DNA of 64,000 nt from Marine Group II euryarchaeote MED-G37 (GTDB taxonomy: Archaea > Thermoplasmatota > Poseidoniia > Poseidoniales > Thalassarchaeaceae). The notes below the pieces were generated by a model. The model was not told the origin of the DNA, ran no database searches, and saw only the letters and a list, made by a program, of their open reading frames with translations. Positions 29,053-37,867 of the stretch are shown one piece after another (positions within the stretch are counted from its first letter, which is position 1; every line of letters begins with the position of its first letter). The DNA lies in the NCBI GenBank assembly GCA_002457555.1, contig NTJQ01000006.1:4468-68467 (forward strand). Reading direction: 5' to 3'. A program made the position numbers and the translations under genes.

Positions 29053-29904
29053 CTACCCTAACATACTAGGCAAGAGGTTCATGTTGAACCAAACTAGGCC
29101 TGCAAAAACCGAAACCCATATCCAATAAACGGTATTGGACCAAGTTTTGACCTTTCTTCCATCAAGTGGCCCGAAGGGTATCATATTGAAAGCACCAAGG
29201 CCAACATTGACCCAACACCAATAGTAGAGTAGGCCGTTGTCTCCATAGGTGAATTCTGTCGATTCGAGACCGAGGGATATCAGTCCAAGTCCTACTGCCC
29301 AGAGCATAATGTTGCTGAGTGGTCCTGCTAGTGCTATCTTGCCGAATTGATTCTTTGTTGTGTTACCCATTACCATTACTGCACCGGGGGCCATGAAAAC
29401 TATCCCAAGTAAGGCGGCCAAAATTACGCCAAACCGAAGGCCGCCGGGTGATGCTCTAAATTCGGCCCAGCAACCATAGTGGCGGGCAGATACTTTGTGG
29501 GCTAATTCGTGAACTATGAAAGCGGGAGCGGCGGGGATCATCCAAAATAGACCGCCCATCAAAAATGCGCTAGGAGAATTCAGTGCTCCGAATATACCAC
29601 CTACAGACATGAAGGCCAGAGCTACTGAAAAAGCCAGTGTGGCTTGAAAGAGATGTTCGATTTCGATTTTTGAAAAGTGCCAAATTGACCCTTTGTGGAT
29701 GTATACTCTACGTGGCTGTGGCTCCTCTCCAAAAAATCGGAAGAATGGTTGGCCACCTTGACCATTGCTGGCGAATACGACTCTGACGTGTGGCTGTCTC
29801 CAGTTGCCGTCATCCCTTGCCCGAGTATGGCTTCCCGGTGAGCTTGCGCGCTCGAATGGGTCGTCTTCCAAGCGCGATGCGCGAGGGTCTCTTTCCGCTG
29901 CCAT
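29053..29904 (-). CDS. Site-2 protease (M50) family
   Basis: HELAH, AGP, FNMIPFGPLDG motifs with TM helices. Confidence 0.9.
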   Translation of the reverse strand: MAAERDPRASRLEDDPFERASSPGSHTRARDDGNWRQPHVRVVFASNGQGGQPFFRFFGEEPQPRRVYIHKGSIWHFSKIEIEHLFQATLAFSVALAFMSVGGIFGALNSPSAFLMGGLFWMIPAAPAFIVHELAHKVSARHYGCWAEFRASPGGLRFGVILAALLGIVFMAPGAVMVMGNTTKNQFGKIALAGPLSNIMLWAVGLGLISLGLESTEFTYGDNGLLYYWCWVNVGLGAFNMIPFGPLDGRKVKTWSNTVYWIWVSVFAGLVWFNMNLLPSMLG

Positions 29905-29947
29905 TGCCTATCTCACTCTACTCGTCTCGTTTGAAGGCTCGTTATTC

Positions 29948-30517
29948 TCAATCCTCATCGAGTAATTCGCCGACCTCATCTAACAAATCTTCCCAGGTTG
30001 GAGCTTCTGGCCTTTTTGCGGTCCCGAACATTTCCAACATTTCCTCTCTTTCCTCGGCGTCCGGGGCGCGTTCTGCCCAAGGATTCTGATTAGCGACTTG
30101 TCGGATCAATGATTTGTCCTTCTTGGCTCTCTGTGCGGCGAATCTTGCCTCTACTTGCTCCATTGTTATGACTTCCTCCACCCCTTGGTGAGCGTCGATA
30201 AGTCGAACATAATTGAGCATGAAATTACCATGTTCACTATCGTCGATATATTTGCTAGGGTCTGCTAACATGGTTACTTGCTCACGCGCTAAGCGTTCCG
30301 CCTTAGTTGTCGCAGGACCCGAGGTCAACTTGTCTCGCGCCTTTGCGTGCGACTCGATGCATCCCCTACATCGCTCGGTCCCAGCGATATCTGGAGCATC
30401 GCAACTAAGGCAGCAAACAGCGAATCCCATCTGTTCCATAGCTCGTCGGGGTAATGACATGGACATGGGGTGCTCTAGGCTCTGAAAGATGAATGCTCCC
30501 GCTCTCTGATATCTCAC
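29948..30517 (-). CDS. Hypothetical protein with Cys motifs (CLSC...CRGC)
   Basis: 189-aa ORF; its GTG start overlaps the upstream TGA. Confidence 0.6.
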   Translation of the reverse strand: MRYQRAGAFIFQSLEHPMSMSLPRRAMEQMGFAVCCLSCDAPDIAGTERCRGCIESHAKARDKLTSGPATTKAERLAREQVTMLADPSKYIDDSEHGNFMLNYVRLIDAHQGVEEVITMEQVEARFAAQRAKKDKSLIRQVANQNPWAERAPDAEEREEMLEMFGTAKRPEAPTWEDLLDEVGELLDED

Positions 30518-32313
30518 GACTCTCTCTGAGGTGTAATTAGGACATTTGAGGCGTCTCTGTCAATCAGGGGGAGAGAAAGTATGCTATCTTCAATGATGTG
30601 CACATGAACTGGGCAAGCGGCACCGCAAGCTGGAGCGAGGTAGTCCTTGCCCGAAGTTGTCATCACTAGTTTGATTCCATTACCGGCTGGAAGTAGGTGA
30701 TCTATGCCTTGGAACTCCATCATCATAGTGACAGTCTGGCCTGGAATAACTCCTGTTGGTTCATTGCCACCGGAATGGTAGCGAATGTCCATTGTAGCAT
30801 GACCGATTCTTACGCCTGTTACTGAATCTTGCATCTCGACGAATACTTGGCCGCCATCGTATACAGCACTGGCTAGCATGTGTAATCTAACTAGGCCGGC
30901 AATATGTACATCCTGATCGAATGCTGGACACTCTACGATGACCTCACTAACCCCTCCAACTACAGGAGCACCTCCTACCCATGAGTTTCCTTGGTTGGTG
31001 CAATTACCTAGAGAAATATCGTTCCAAACAACATCTCTTGGTGGCCATGTTTCCTCAATACGCCACTCCCCATCCGAGCGCTGTATCTGGGCGGTGAGGT
31101 CGGGTTTGGGCCCTATTCCCTTGAGATAGTACTCGAACCATTCAAACAAATCTTGAGCCCAATCCCATCTGGTCATATTGTGTCTCGCCTCTAGGCCATT
31201 ACCACTACCGATTCCATCGTGACTGCTGACTTGATCGGGATAATGGTGGCCCCATTGGCCTAGAATTCCTCTAACATCGTAGCCGGCATCGATGTATTCC
31301 TGATACCAATTAACTCCTACTGGACCTCCAAACACTTGGTGTGGATCGACATTCCAATCCTGCATCCCCTGGACCCAGTAAATGCTGCCATTCCATTTTC
31401 CAAATGCCTTGTCGATGTGGCTTCTTTCATCGTAATAATTCTGCATGTATGGATCCATTTCTCCACCAATGTAGGTTACGGGTCCAGCAAATAGTCCTTC
31501 AGCGATATCCGGACATACATTGTCTAAATCATCCTCATTGTAATCTACCGTGCTTGAGAAATAATTCATGTGCATGACTTGGCTTCTAGCCTCTGCGCTT
31601 CCATTCTTGTACAAAAGAGGATGAAGGGCTGTAGTTCCAGAAATTGGCACAATAGTCTTCAGGTATTCACTTGCTTGTGCCGCTGCTTCCCATTGTGTGG
31701 CTCCCTCGTATGACTTGCCGTAGAGGCCGACGTGGCCATTGCTCCATTCTTGTGAGCCGAGCCATTCCACTGCGTGATGAATGCCCCAGCCTTCTCCTGC
31801 TCCGCGGTAATCGAAGCAGCCGCTGGACAATTCTGTTCCAAAGACTGCAACTTGGGCTAAGGCATATCCATGTGGAACAAAATTACGGAAGATGAATTCA
31901 CCGCGTCCGGCACTTACCACGTTTGTTGGGGATGACTCGCTTCCCTGTGGTCCGTAGTCATAGTATGGGCTTATGATTGCAATAACAGGCACCTGTTCTC
32001 CATCTAGAGTATTGTTTGGAAGCCAATAGGAAAGATGGACTGTTGACTGCGAAGGTCCAGTTTCCCAAACATCACTGGTATCTACCTCGATGAAGGCCTC
32101 CTCAACGTCAAGGGCGTGGTATGGGCCAGCTTCTAGAAGGTAGGACATTGTATCATTGGTTTGCCATTCTAAGGTATGTCTTTCCCAAATTGAGGGATAG
32201 GGAGAATTTTCAATTGGTGTTGATGGTTCTTCATCGGACCAGAATACGCAGCCAGAGAGACTCATGGTCAACAGCAGCAAAACTGCCGCCCCCGCGTACA
32301 TACGCCGCCTCAT
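30514..32313 (-). CDS. CocE/NonD (S15, X-Pro dipeptidyl-peptidase-like) hydrolase lipoprotein
   Basis: MRRR...LSGC signal, GKSYEG nucleophile, QGMQDWNV, GQWGH; start ATG 32313. Confidence 0.88.
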   Translation of the reverse strand: MRRRMYAGAAVLLLLTMSLSGCVFWSDEEPSTPIENSPYPSIWERHTLEWQTNDTMSYLLEAGPYHALDVEEAFIEVDTSDVWETGPSQSTVHLSYWLPNNTLDGEQVPVIAIISPYYDYGPQGSESSPTNVVSAGRGEFIFRNFVPHGYALAQVAVFGTELSSGCFDYRGAGEGWGIHHAVEWLGSQEWSNGHVGLYGKSYEGATQWEAAAQASEYLKTIVPISGTTALHPLLYKNGSAEARSQVMHMNYFSSTVDYNEDDLDNVCPDIAEGLFAGPVTYIGGEMDPYMQNYYDERSHIDKAFGKWNGSIYWVQGMQDWNVDPHQVFGGPVGVNWYQEYIDAGYDVRGILGQWGHHYPDQVSSHDGIGSGNGLEARHNMTRWDWAQDLFEWFEYYLKGIGPKPDLTAQIQRSDGEWRIEETWPPRDVVWNDISLGNCTNQGNSWVGGAPVVGGVSEVIVECPAFDQDVHIAGLVRLHMLASAVYDGGQVFVEMQDSVTGVRIGHATMDIRYHSGGNEPTGVIPGQTVTMMMEFQGIDHLLPAGNGIKLVMTTSGKDYLAPACGAACPVHVHIIEDSILSLPLIDRDASNVLITPQRES

Positions 32314-32381
32314 AGAGGCGGCCTGAAGGGGGTGATATCTCAAACCTGCGTATTCAAAGGCCCAGTGCAACCGGTTAAACT

Positions 32382-33902
32382 GTGGATGATGAAACGGTTC
32401 ACCGACGCCGCTGGGCAATTCTCGGCGTAATGAGCATGAGTCTTGTTATTGTAATGCTGAATAACGTGACATTGAATGTCGCACTTCCTGAACTCTCAAA
32501 GGATCTGAAAGCAGATAATACAGAACTTCAGTGGATTCTAGATGCTTACGCTTTGGTGTTTGGTGGACTACTCCTTGTGATGGGTGCCTTAGGAGATAGA
32601 TTTGGGCGGAAAGCAGCCTTACAAATTGGACTTTTGTTGGTTGCAACCGCCTCGGCACTTACCGCAACTTATGCAACTACTTCTGGAGAGGTGATTGTGG
32701 CTCGGGCAGTGATGGGGATTGGTGCTGCTCTTGTAATGCCGGCCACCCTCTCTGTGGTAGTGGTTGTATTTCCTCCGGAAGAAAGGGGGAAGGCAGTAGG
32801 GATATGGGCGGCGATGGCCGGAATTGGCGCTCCGATTGGATTACTTGTTGGTGGATGGGCTGTTGAGAATTATGACTGGCAAATGGTCTTCTGGATTAAT
32901 GTGCCAATTATTGCTCTGGCACTACTTCTTGGTCTATTTCTGGTTCCTAAATCCAAGGATAATCAAGAGCGCCCTCTAGACCCTATAGGGGCGTTTCTAT
33001 CCATAGGCGCCTTGGGTTCTATTCTCTACTCAATAATCGAGGCACCTAGCCACGGTTGGACATCTGTAGAAACTCTCGGAGTTGCAACACTCGGGTTGCT
33101 TTTCACGCTGGCATTCATTCGATGGGAGAAGCGTGTTGAACATCCAATGCTGCCTGTAGAGTTCTTCTCATCGCCTGGATTTTCGATGGGTTTGGTTGCG
33201 ATAATGCTGGCATTTTTCGTTATGTTTTCATTCATGTTCACACAAATGCTGCACTTCCAACTAGTAAGAGGGCATGGTGCATTAGATGCAGCGCTCAGAT
33301 TTCTGCCTCTACCGTTGGGATTAATGCCTGCGGCAGCTAATTCGGACCGTCTGGTTGCTAAATTTGGAAGTTCTCGAATAGTAAGTACGGGACTAACTCT
33401 TGTCGCTCTTGGCATGATTCTTTTCACGACCGTTACGATTGAAACAGAATATATTCAGATCGCTGTGACTTTCTTCCTTCTTGGGTTTGGTATGGGGCTA
33501 ACTATGGCTCCATCGACTACACTAGTAATGGATTCAATACCCTCAGACAAGGCCGGTGTAGGTAGTGCTACAAACGATGCTAGTCGAGAAATCGGGGGGG
33601 CGCTTGGAATCGCAATTGGTGGCTCTGTTCTAAACGAATATTATCAACGTAGTCTACAGGTACCAGAGGGTCTAGAAAATCTCGATTCCGTCCTCAGAGG
33701 CTCCTTCCCTGCTGCTATGAGGATTGGAGGCGATATGGTGGCAGAAGGCAACATGTTAGGGGTTGAATTAATCCAATCGGCGCAACTTGCATTCGTAGAC
33801 GGTATGATTGCTTCCGCTTGGGTTGGAGCAATTATTGCTTTGACAAATGCAATTCTGGTTTGGAGATATATGCCCTCAAGAGTAATCTATGAAAGCGACT
33901 GA
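32382..33902 (+). CDS. MFS transporter, DHA2 (EmrB/QacA) family
   Basis: GALGDRFGRK, WQMVFWINVP motifs and about 14 TM helices. Confidence 0.92.
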   Translation: MDDETVHRRRWAILGVMSMSLVIVMLNNVTLNVALPELSKDLKADNTELQWILDAYALVFGGLLLVMGALGDRFGRKAALQIGLLLVATASALTATYATTSGEVIVARAVMGIGAALVMPATLSVVVVVFPPEERGKAVGIWAAMAGIGAPIGLLVGGWAVENYDWQMVFWINVPIIALALLLGLFLVPKSKDNQERPLDPIGAFLSIGALGSILYSIIEAPSHGWTSVETLGVATLGLLFTLAFIRWEKRVEHPMLPVEFFSSPGFSMGLVAIMLAFFVMFSFMFTQMLHFQLVRGHGALDAALRFLPLPLGLMPAAANSDRLVAKFGSSRIVSTGLTLVALGMILFTTVTIETEYIQIAVTFFLLGFGMGLTMAPSTTLVMDSIPSDKAGVGSATNDASREIGGALGIAIGGSVLNEYYQRSLQVPEGLENLDSVLRGSFPAAMRIGGDMVAEGNMLGVELIQSAQLAFVDGMIASAWVGAIIALTNAILVWRYMPSRVIYESD

Positions 33903-33936
33903 CGCTTGAACAATTGACTGAAAAATCATTTCTGAT

Positions 33937-34344
33937 TTATTCGTCCTCGAGGTGCAGATATCCTGACACTAGAAGGCCTGCCGCCATTACCATAGGTGGC
34001 GCCCAATTAACGGGATCCTCTGTGAAGCCATAATCCAAATCACCGGCTGCAAGGAACACTAGTATGAAATTGAGGATATTGCCTCCTCCAATAGTCATTG
34101 CAAGAATTGCCTGAGACCGCCCTTCAACAAATTGCCCAGAGACAATTGAAATGATTGCGACGATAAGGTAGGTCGCAGCCCACGCTTTCTCGTAGAAGGC
34201 GTCATTCTCAGTGTAATCAGCGCCCCATCCTGTTTCCGCAGCGTTCATGATTTCAGCGTAAGTTAACAACATAAACAGTGTGAATAAGGCGCCCACGCCT
34301 GTAAGCCAATGTTTAGGTTGCATGAATCGTTTTATTCCGTCCAT
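33937..34344 (-). CDS. Hypothetical 4-TM membrane protein
   Basis: Hydrophobic ORF directly downstream of the MMPL gene; start ATG 34344 or 34323. Confidence 0.6.
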   Translation of the reverse strand: MDGIKRFMQPKHWLTGVGALFTLFMLLTYAEIMNAAETGWGADYTENDAFYEKAWAATYLIVAIISIVSGQFVEGRSQAILAMTIGGGNILNFILVFLAAGDLDYGFTEDPVNWAPPMVMAAGLLVSGYLHLEDE

Positions 34345-34408
34345 AATGTGATTTATCTTCAACGGTCTATTGTTGTTATGAAAGCCGAAAATAGCCAATA
34401 TTAGCGGT

Positions 34409-36598
34409 TTAACGCATCCAACTCGGTGCCCACCAATTCGCCTTACCTAGCAATCTCATGGTCGAAGGTACGACAATTGCTCTGACGATTGTCGCATCGA
34501 CTATTACTGCAACCATCAATGCTAAACCAATTGATTTGATGATTAATACATCAGCGAGGACGAATCCAAAGAATACTGCAACCATGATTGCGGCGGCTCC
34601 TGTAATCAGACTACCTGAGGCTTGTAGTCCCTCTGCAACAGCCTGTGTATTATCGCCTGTCTTTTCCCATGCCTCATGAATTCTAGAAAGCATTAGTACC
34701 TCGTAATCCATCGATAATCCAAAGGCTATTCCGAATACTAGAGGGGGTACTGTTAGGTCAATTGGTTGGGCCGAATAATTTAGCAATCCGGTTAACAAAC
34801 CGTCTTGGAATACTAGGACGATTATTCCGAAGGATGCAGATACTGAGAGAATGTTCATCATGATTGCTTTAACTGGTACTAGGATTGATCTGACTTGAAA
34901 GAAGACGAGGATTATTGTTAGACCTAGGACGAATGCAAGAACGGCCGGGATCCGCTCTACAAGATGGTCTTTGAGTTCGACCTCGAATGCGCTCCATCCT
35001 CCGATTAGTGCTTCGAAGTCTTCCTCGTCTGAGATTTCAATCATATCACGGACGACCCTCTCTGATTCGTCCGAACCACTTCGGTATTGTACAGGTACTG
35101 ACATCCGTAGAATGTTTTCTGATACTGAAGCGAGCCATTCATCTTGGGCTTCGATTGGCCATTGTGAAAATTCTTGTTCGAATAATTCTGTATTGCAGAT
35201 TGGATGATTTACTCCGATAACGCCTTCTATTTCTGCAATGTTTTGGCAATATGGAGAAATGCGCTCAGAATATTCAACACTCATTGGAACGTCGTCGTCA
35301 GCGAATACAATAACGATGGGGATGCTGGATGCTGTATAGGCTGGAAATTCTTCTTCTAGTATTTCGAAACCGATTCTAGATTCCATATCTGGAGGTAGTG
35401 CTTCTATTCCACCAGCACTCATTTCCACTCTTAGGAAAGGTGAGGCGGCTAGTAGTAGAACAACGAGGGCTGGAATTAACCACCTGAGTGGTTTGTCCAT
35501 GACCTTAATTGAGAGTTTTTTCCAAAATTCAGTCTTACGATTGGCTCCGGGAATAGGGACAGGTAATGAATTGATTCTTGGGCCTAAGTATGACAACAGC
35601 GCGGGTAGCACAGTAAACGAATAGAGCATTGCAGCTGCGACCGCAAGGAATGCACCCAGCCCCATGGAAGGCATGTGTGTCGCATCGAAGTAGAATAGGC
35701 TACAGAGGCCGACGGCAACTGTTGCGCCGGAATACATCACTGCTCTTCCTGCAGTATCCATCATAGTTGCAATTGCACTTTCTGTTGATTCTCCTTTTGC
35801 GATTTCTTCGCGGAATCGGCTAATCATGAATAGGCTGTAATCGATTGAAACTGCTATGCCGATTAGTGAAATCATACTGACTGAGTATTCCGTTAGACCG
35901 AAGAACCACCAGTCTGACATCCAGTAACTTATCCCTGTTGCTAGTGCAATCATCAATAGTGCAATGAGAAGTGGTAAAACCGCTGCAGTAAATGTCCCGA
36001 AGACGAATAGAAGGATAATGAGAGAAAGTGGTAAACCTACTACTTCGGCTCTAATTGTGTCATTTTTCATTGCGTTATCAAAGTCATTTCCTATGATTAG
36101 GCTGCCTGTTACGGTTACCTCAAGTGTTTCGCTATCTAGTTTCTTGAGAGATGGAATTTCCTCTGAGAGATCAGCCTCGCTTCCCGCGAGAGAGACGTAA
36201 ACTGCCGTCTTCTTACCGTCCAATGAACTGTGTGTGGCTATTACTTGTTGATTTGTCGGATCGTCATAAATAGTCGATATACTGACTATTTCGAGATTCA
36301 TTTCTCTGATACCCGAGACAAATGACTCTACTGCAATTTGGAATTCTTCTTCTTGCCAAGTCATTTCTTGGTGAGATAGGATATATGTTACGGAGTTTGA
36401 GGCTGAGACTGTAAGTTGTCCGTCGATTAGGTCCAGAGCTCTTCCCGAATCTGTTGTAGGCGGAGGCGCATTTCCATCTATGAAATCCTCGCCCTGACTG
36501 AGAAGGCCAACAGAAAATAGTAGCGATGCTACTGCAAAAACTACTACTGCCTTACGGTTATCGTGGACGTAGAGGCCAAAATTGTAGAGGCGTGACAT
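34409..36598 (-). CDS. MMPL/RND-family transporter
   Basis: IDYSLFMISRFREE, TAGRAVMYSG, GLSMDYEVLMLSRIHE, GKANWWAP motifs; start ATG 36598. Confidence 0.92.
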   Translation of the reverse strand: MSRLYNFGLYVHDNRKAVVVFAVASLLFSVGLLSQGEDFIDGNAPPPTTDSGRALDLIDGQLTVSASNSVTYILSHQEMTWQEEEFQIAVESFVSGIREMNLEIVSISTIYDDPTNQQVIATHSSLDGKKTAVYVSLAGSEADLSEEIPSLKKLDSETLEVTVTGSLIIGNDFDNAMKNDTIRAEVVGLPLSLIILLFVFGTFTAAVLPLLIALLMIALATGISYWMSDWWFFGLTEYSVSMISLIGIAVSIDYSLFMISRFREEIAKGESTESAIATMMDTAGRAVMYSGATVAVGLCSLFYFDATHMPSMGLGAFLAVAAAMLYSFTVLPALLSYLGPRINSLPVPIPGANRKTEFWKKLSIKVMDKPLRWLIPALVVLLLAASPFLRVEMSAGGIEALPPDMESRIGFEILEEEFPAYTASSIPIVIVFADDDVPMSVEYSERISPYCQNIAEIEGVIGVNHPICNTELFEQEFSQWPIEAQDEWLASVSENILRMSVPVQYRSGSDESERVVRDMIEISDEEDFEALIGGWSAFEVELKDHLVERIPAVLAFVLGLTIILVFFQVRSILVPVKAIMMNILSVSASFGIIVLVFQDGLLTGLLNYSAQPIDLTVPPLVFGIAFGLSMDYEVLMLSRIHEAWEKTGDNTQAVAEGLQASGSLITGAAAIMVAVFFGFVLADVLIIKSIGLALMVAVIVDATIVRAIVVPSTMRLLGKANWWAPSWMR

Positions 36599-36657
36599 AT
36601 TACATTTATTTCGCGAACAAATTGTAGTTATAAGCGAATGTTTTTCGGTTTCAAAAT

Positions 36658-37554
36658 TCAGTTGTAGCGTCTGTTCAATTCTGAGAATAATTGACTTGGT
36701 ATTTCCGAACCAATTGACATGCGTTCGCCGTCTGGATGATTGAATGAAAGAGAGGTTGCATGGAGGCATAATCTGTTTACGCTCGCCTTTCCAAACCCAT
36801 GTCTAGTATCTCCTGCAACTGGATAGCCTAGATGTTGCATGTGGAGTCGGATTTGAGCCCTCCTTCCGGTGTCTATTTTGATTTGGATTAGACTATGTTC
36901 GGGGCCCACTTTTTCCTTCTGCCAATGTGTTATGGCCTCTCTACCTCCTCGTCTACCTTTCTCCACCAGTCTGACTCTTTTATCCTTAGTTTCAAGGATG
37001 CGGAGATTTATTGTTCCGCTTTCCTGTGAGGGTTCTCGGTGAACCACTGCGTGATAGATTCGCTCTACTGAGCGGTCTTTGAATTGTTTTTGGAGCATGT
37101 CTTTGGTTTCTGCAGAACGCGCGAATATCATACATCCTGAAGTCTCTCTATCGAGTCTGTGAACTAAATATGTTCGGGTTTTTCCAGTTTCCCATGCCCA
37201 TTTTGCCACTCTGTCGAACATCGTATCTAGTTCCCCTCTGTCGGTAGCAACGGCTAGAAGTCCCGCTGGTTTGTTGGCCAGAATTACTTCTGTATCGTAA
37301 TACAATACCTCGGGCTCGGGAATCGTTTCTTTTGGTTGAGTCAGTGGTTTGTCGCCATCTGCTCTTGAAAGTACTTCTACCAACGAGCCTTTTGGCACTT
37401 TCATATTTGCACGAGTTGCCTTATTTCCATCAACTCGAACTCGACCGTGATCTACCATTCTACGAAGGGAGTTTCGTTTGGCTGTGGGATGAAGCGATGC
37501 CAGAACCTCAAGGAGGATTGTTTCCTCTGTGGTTTCGACACTGGGGTCGGGCAT
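36658..37554 (-). CDS. RluA/RluD-family RNA pseudouridine synthase with S4 domain
   Basis: NKPAGL, HRLDRETSG, TGRRAQIRLH, LCLHA motifs. Confidence 0.92.
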   Translation of the reverse strand: MPDPSVETTEETILLEVLASLHPTAKRNSLRRMVDHGRVRVDGNKATRANMKVPKGSLVEVLSRADGDKPLTQPKETIPEPEVLYYDTEVILANKPAGLLAVATDRGELDTMFDRVAKWAWETGKTRTYLVHRLDRETSGCMIFARSAETKDMLQKQFKDRSVERIYHAVVHREPSQESGTINLRILETKDKRVRLVEKGRRGGREAITHWQKEKVGPEHSLIQIKIDTGRRAQIRLHMQHLGYPVAGDTRHGFGKASVNRLCLHATSLSFNHPDGERMSIGSEIPSQLFSELNRRYN

Positions 37555-37608
37555 ATGCTCCGCAGGGGCGAAATCAATTCAAACTGACTGTTTAGTCAGA
37601 TATTCACG

Positions 37609-37767
37609 CTACTCGGTCATTTGTGCCATACGGTCGCTTAATAGTAGAAGCGCCGAAGCCCAAAGGCCGACAAATATCCCTAAGTTCTCGTCGCCGTTGA
37701 AATATATGCCAATGCTTCCGAATATAGACGCTAGGCTAGCAAAAAGTCCTAATTTTTTCCAATCCAT
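37609..37767 (-). CDS. 52-aa two-TM small protein (not in the ORF track)
   Basis: GGAGGTG SD, then MDWKKLGLFASLASIFGSIGIYFNGDENLGIFVGLWASALLLLSDRMAQMTE. Confidence 0.7.
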   Translation of the reverse strand: MDWKKLGLFASLASIFGSIGIYFNGDENLGIFVGLWASALLLLSDRMAQMTE

Positions 37768-37867
37768 TCTGTATTTTCACCTCCTAAATCGGGCGTTGGG
37801 TTTGTCTCATCCCCTATAGAAGTGTGTCTTGGGAAAATTGTTCCGAGTTGGGGAGGTCAAGGTGGAA

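Noticed and set aside
32382-36598. MFS plus MMPL as an export system for the carotenoid cluster
   Set aside because: They are about 10 kb away, convergently oriented and separated by unrelated peptidase genes. Nothing in the sequence links them.
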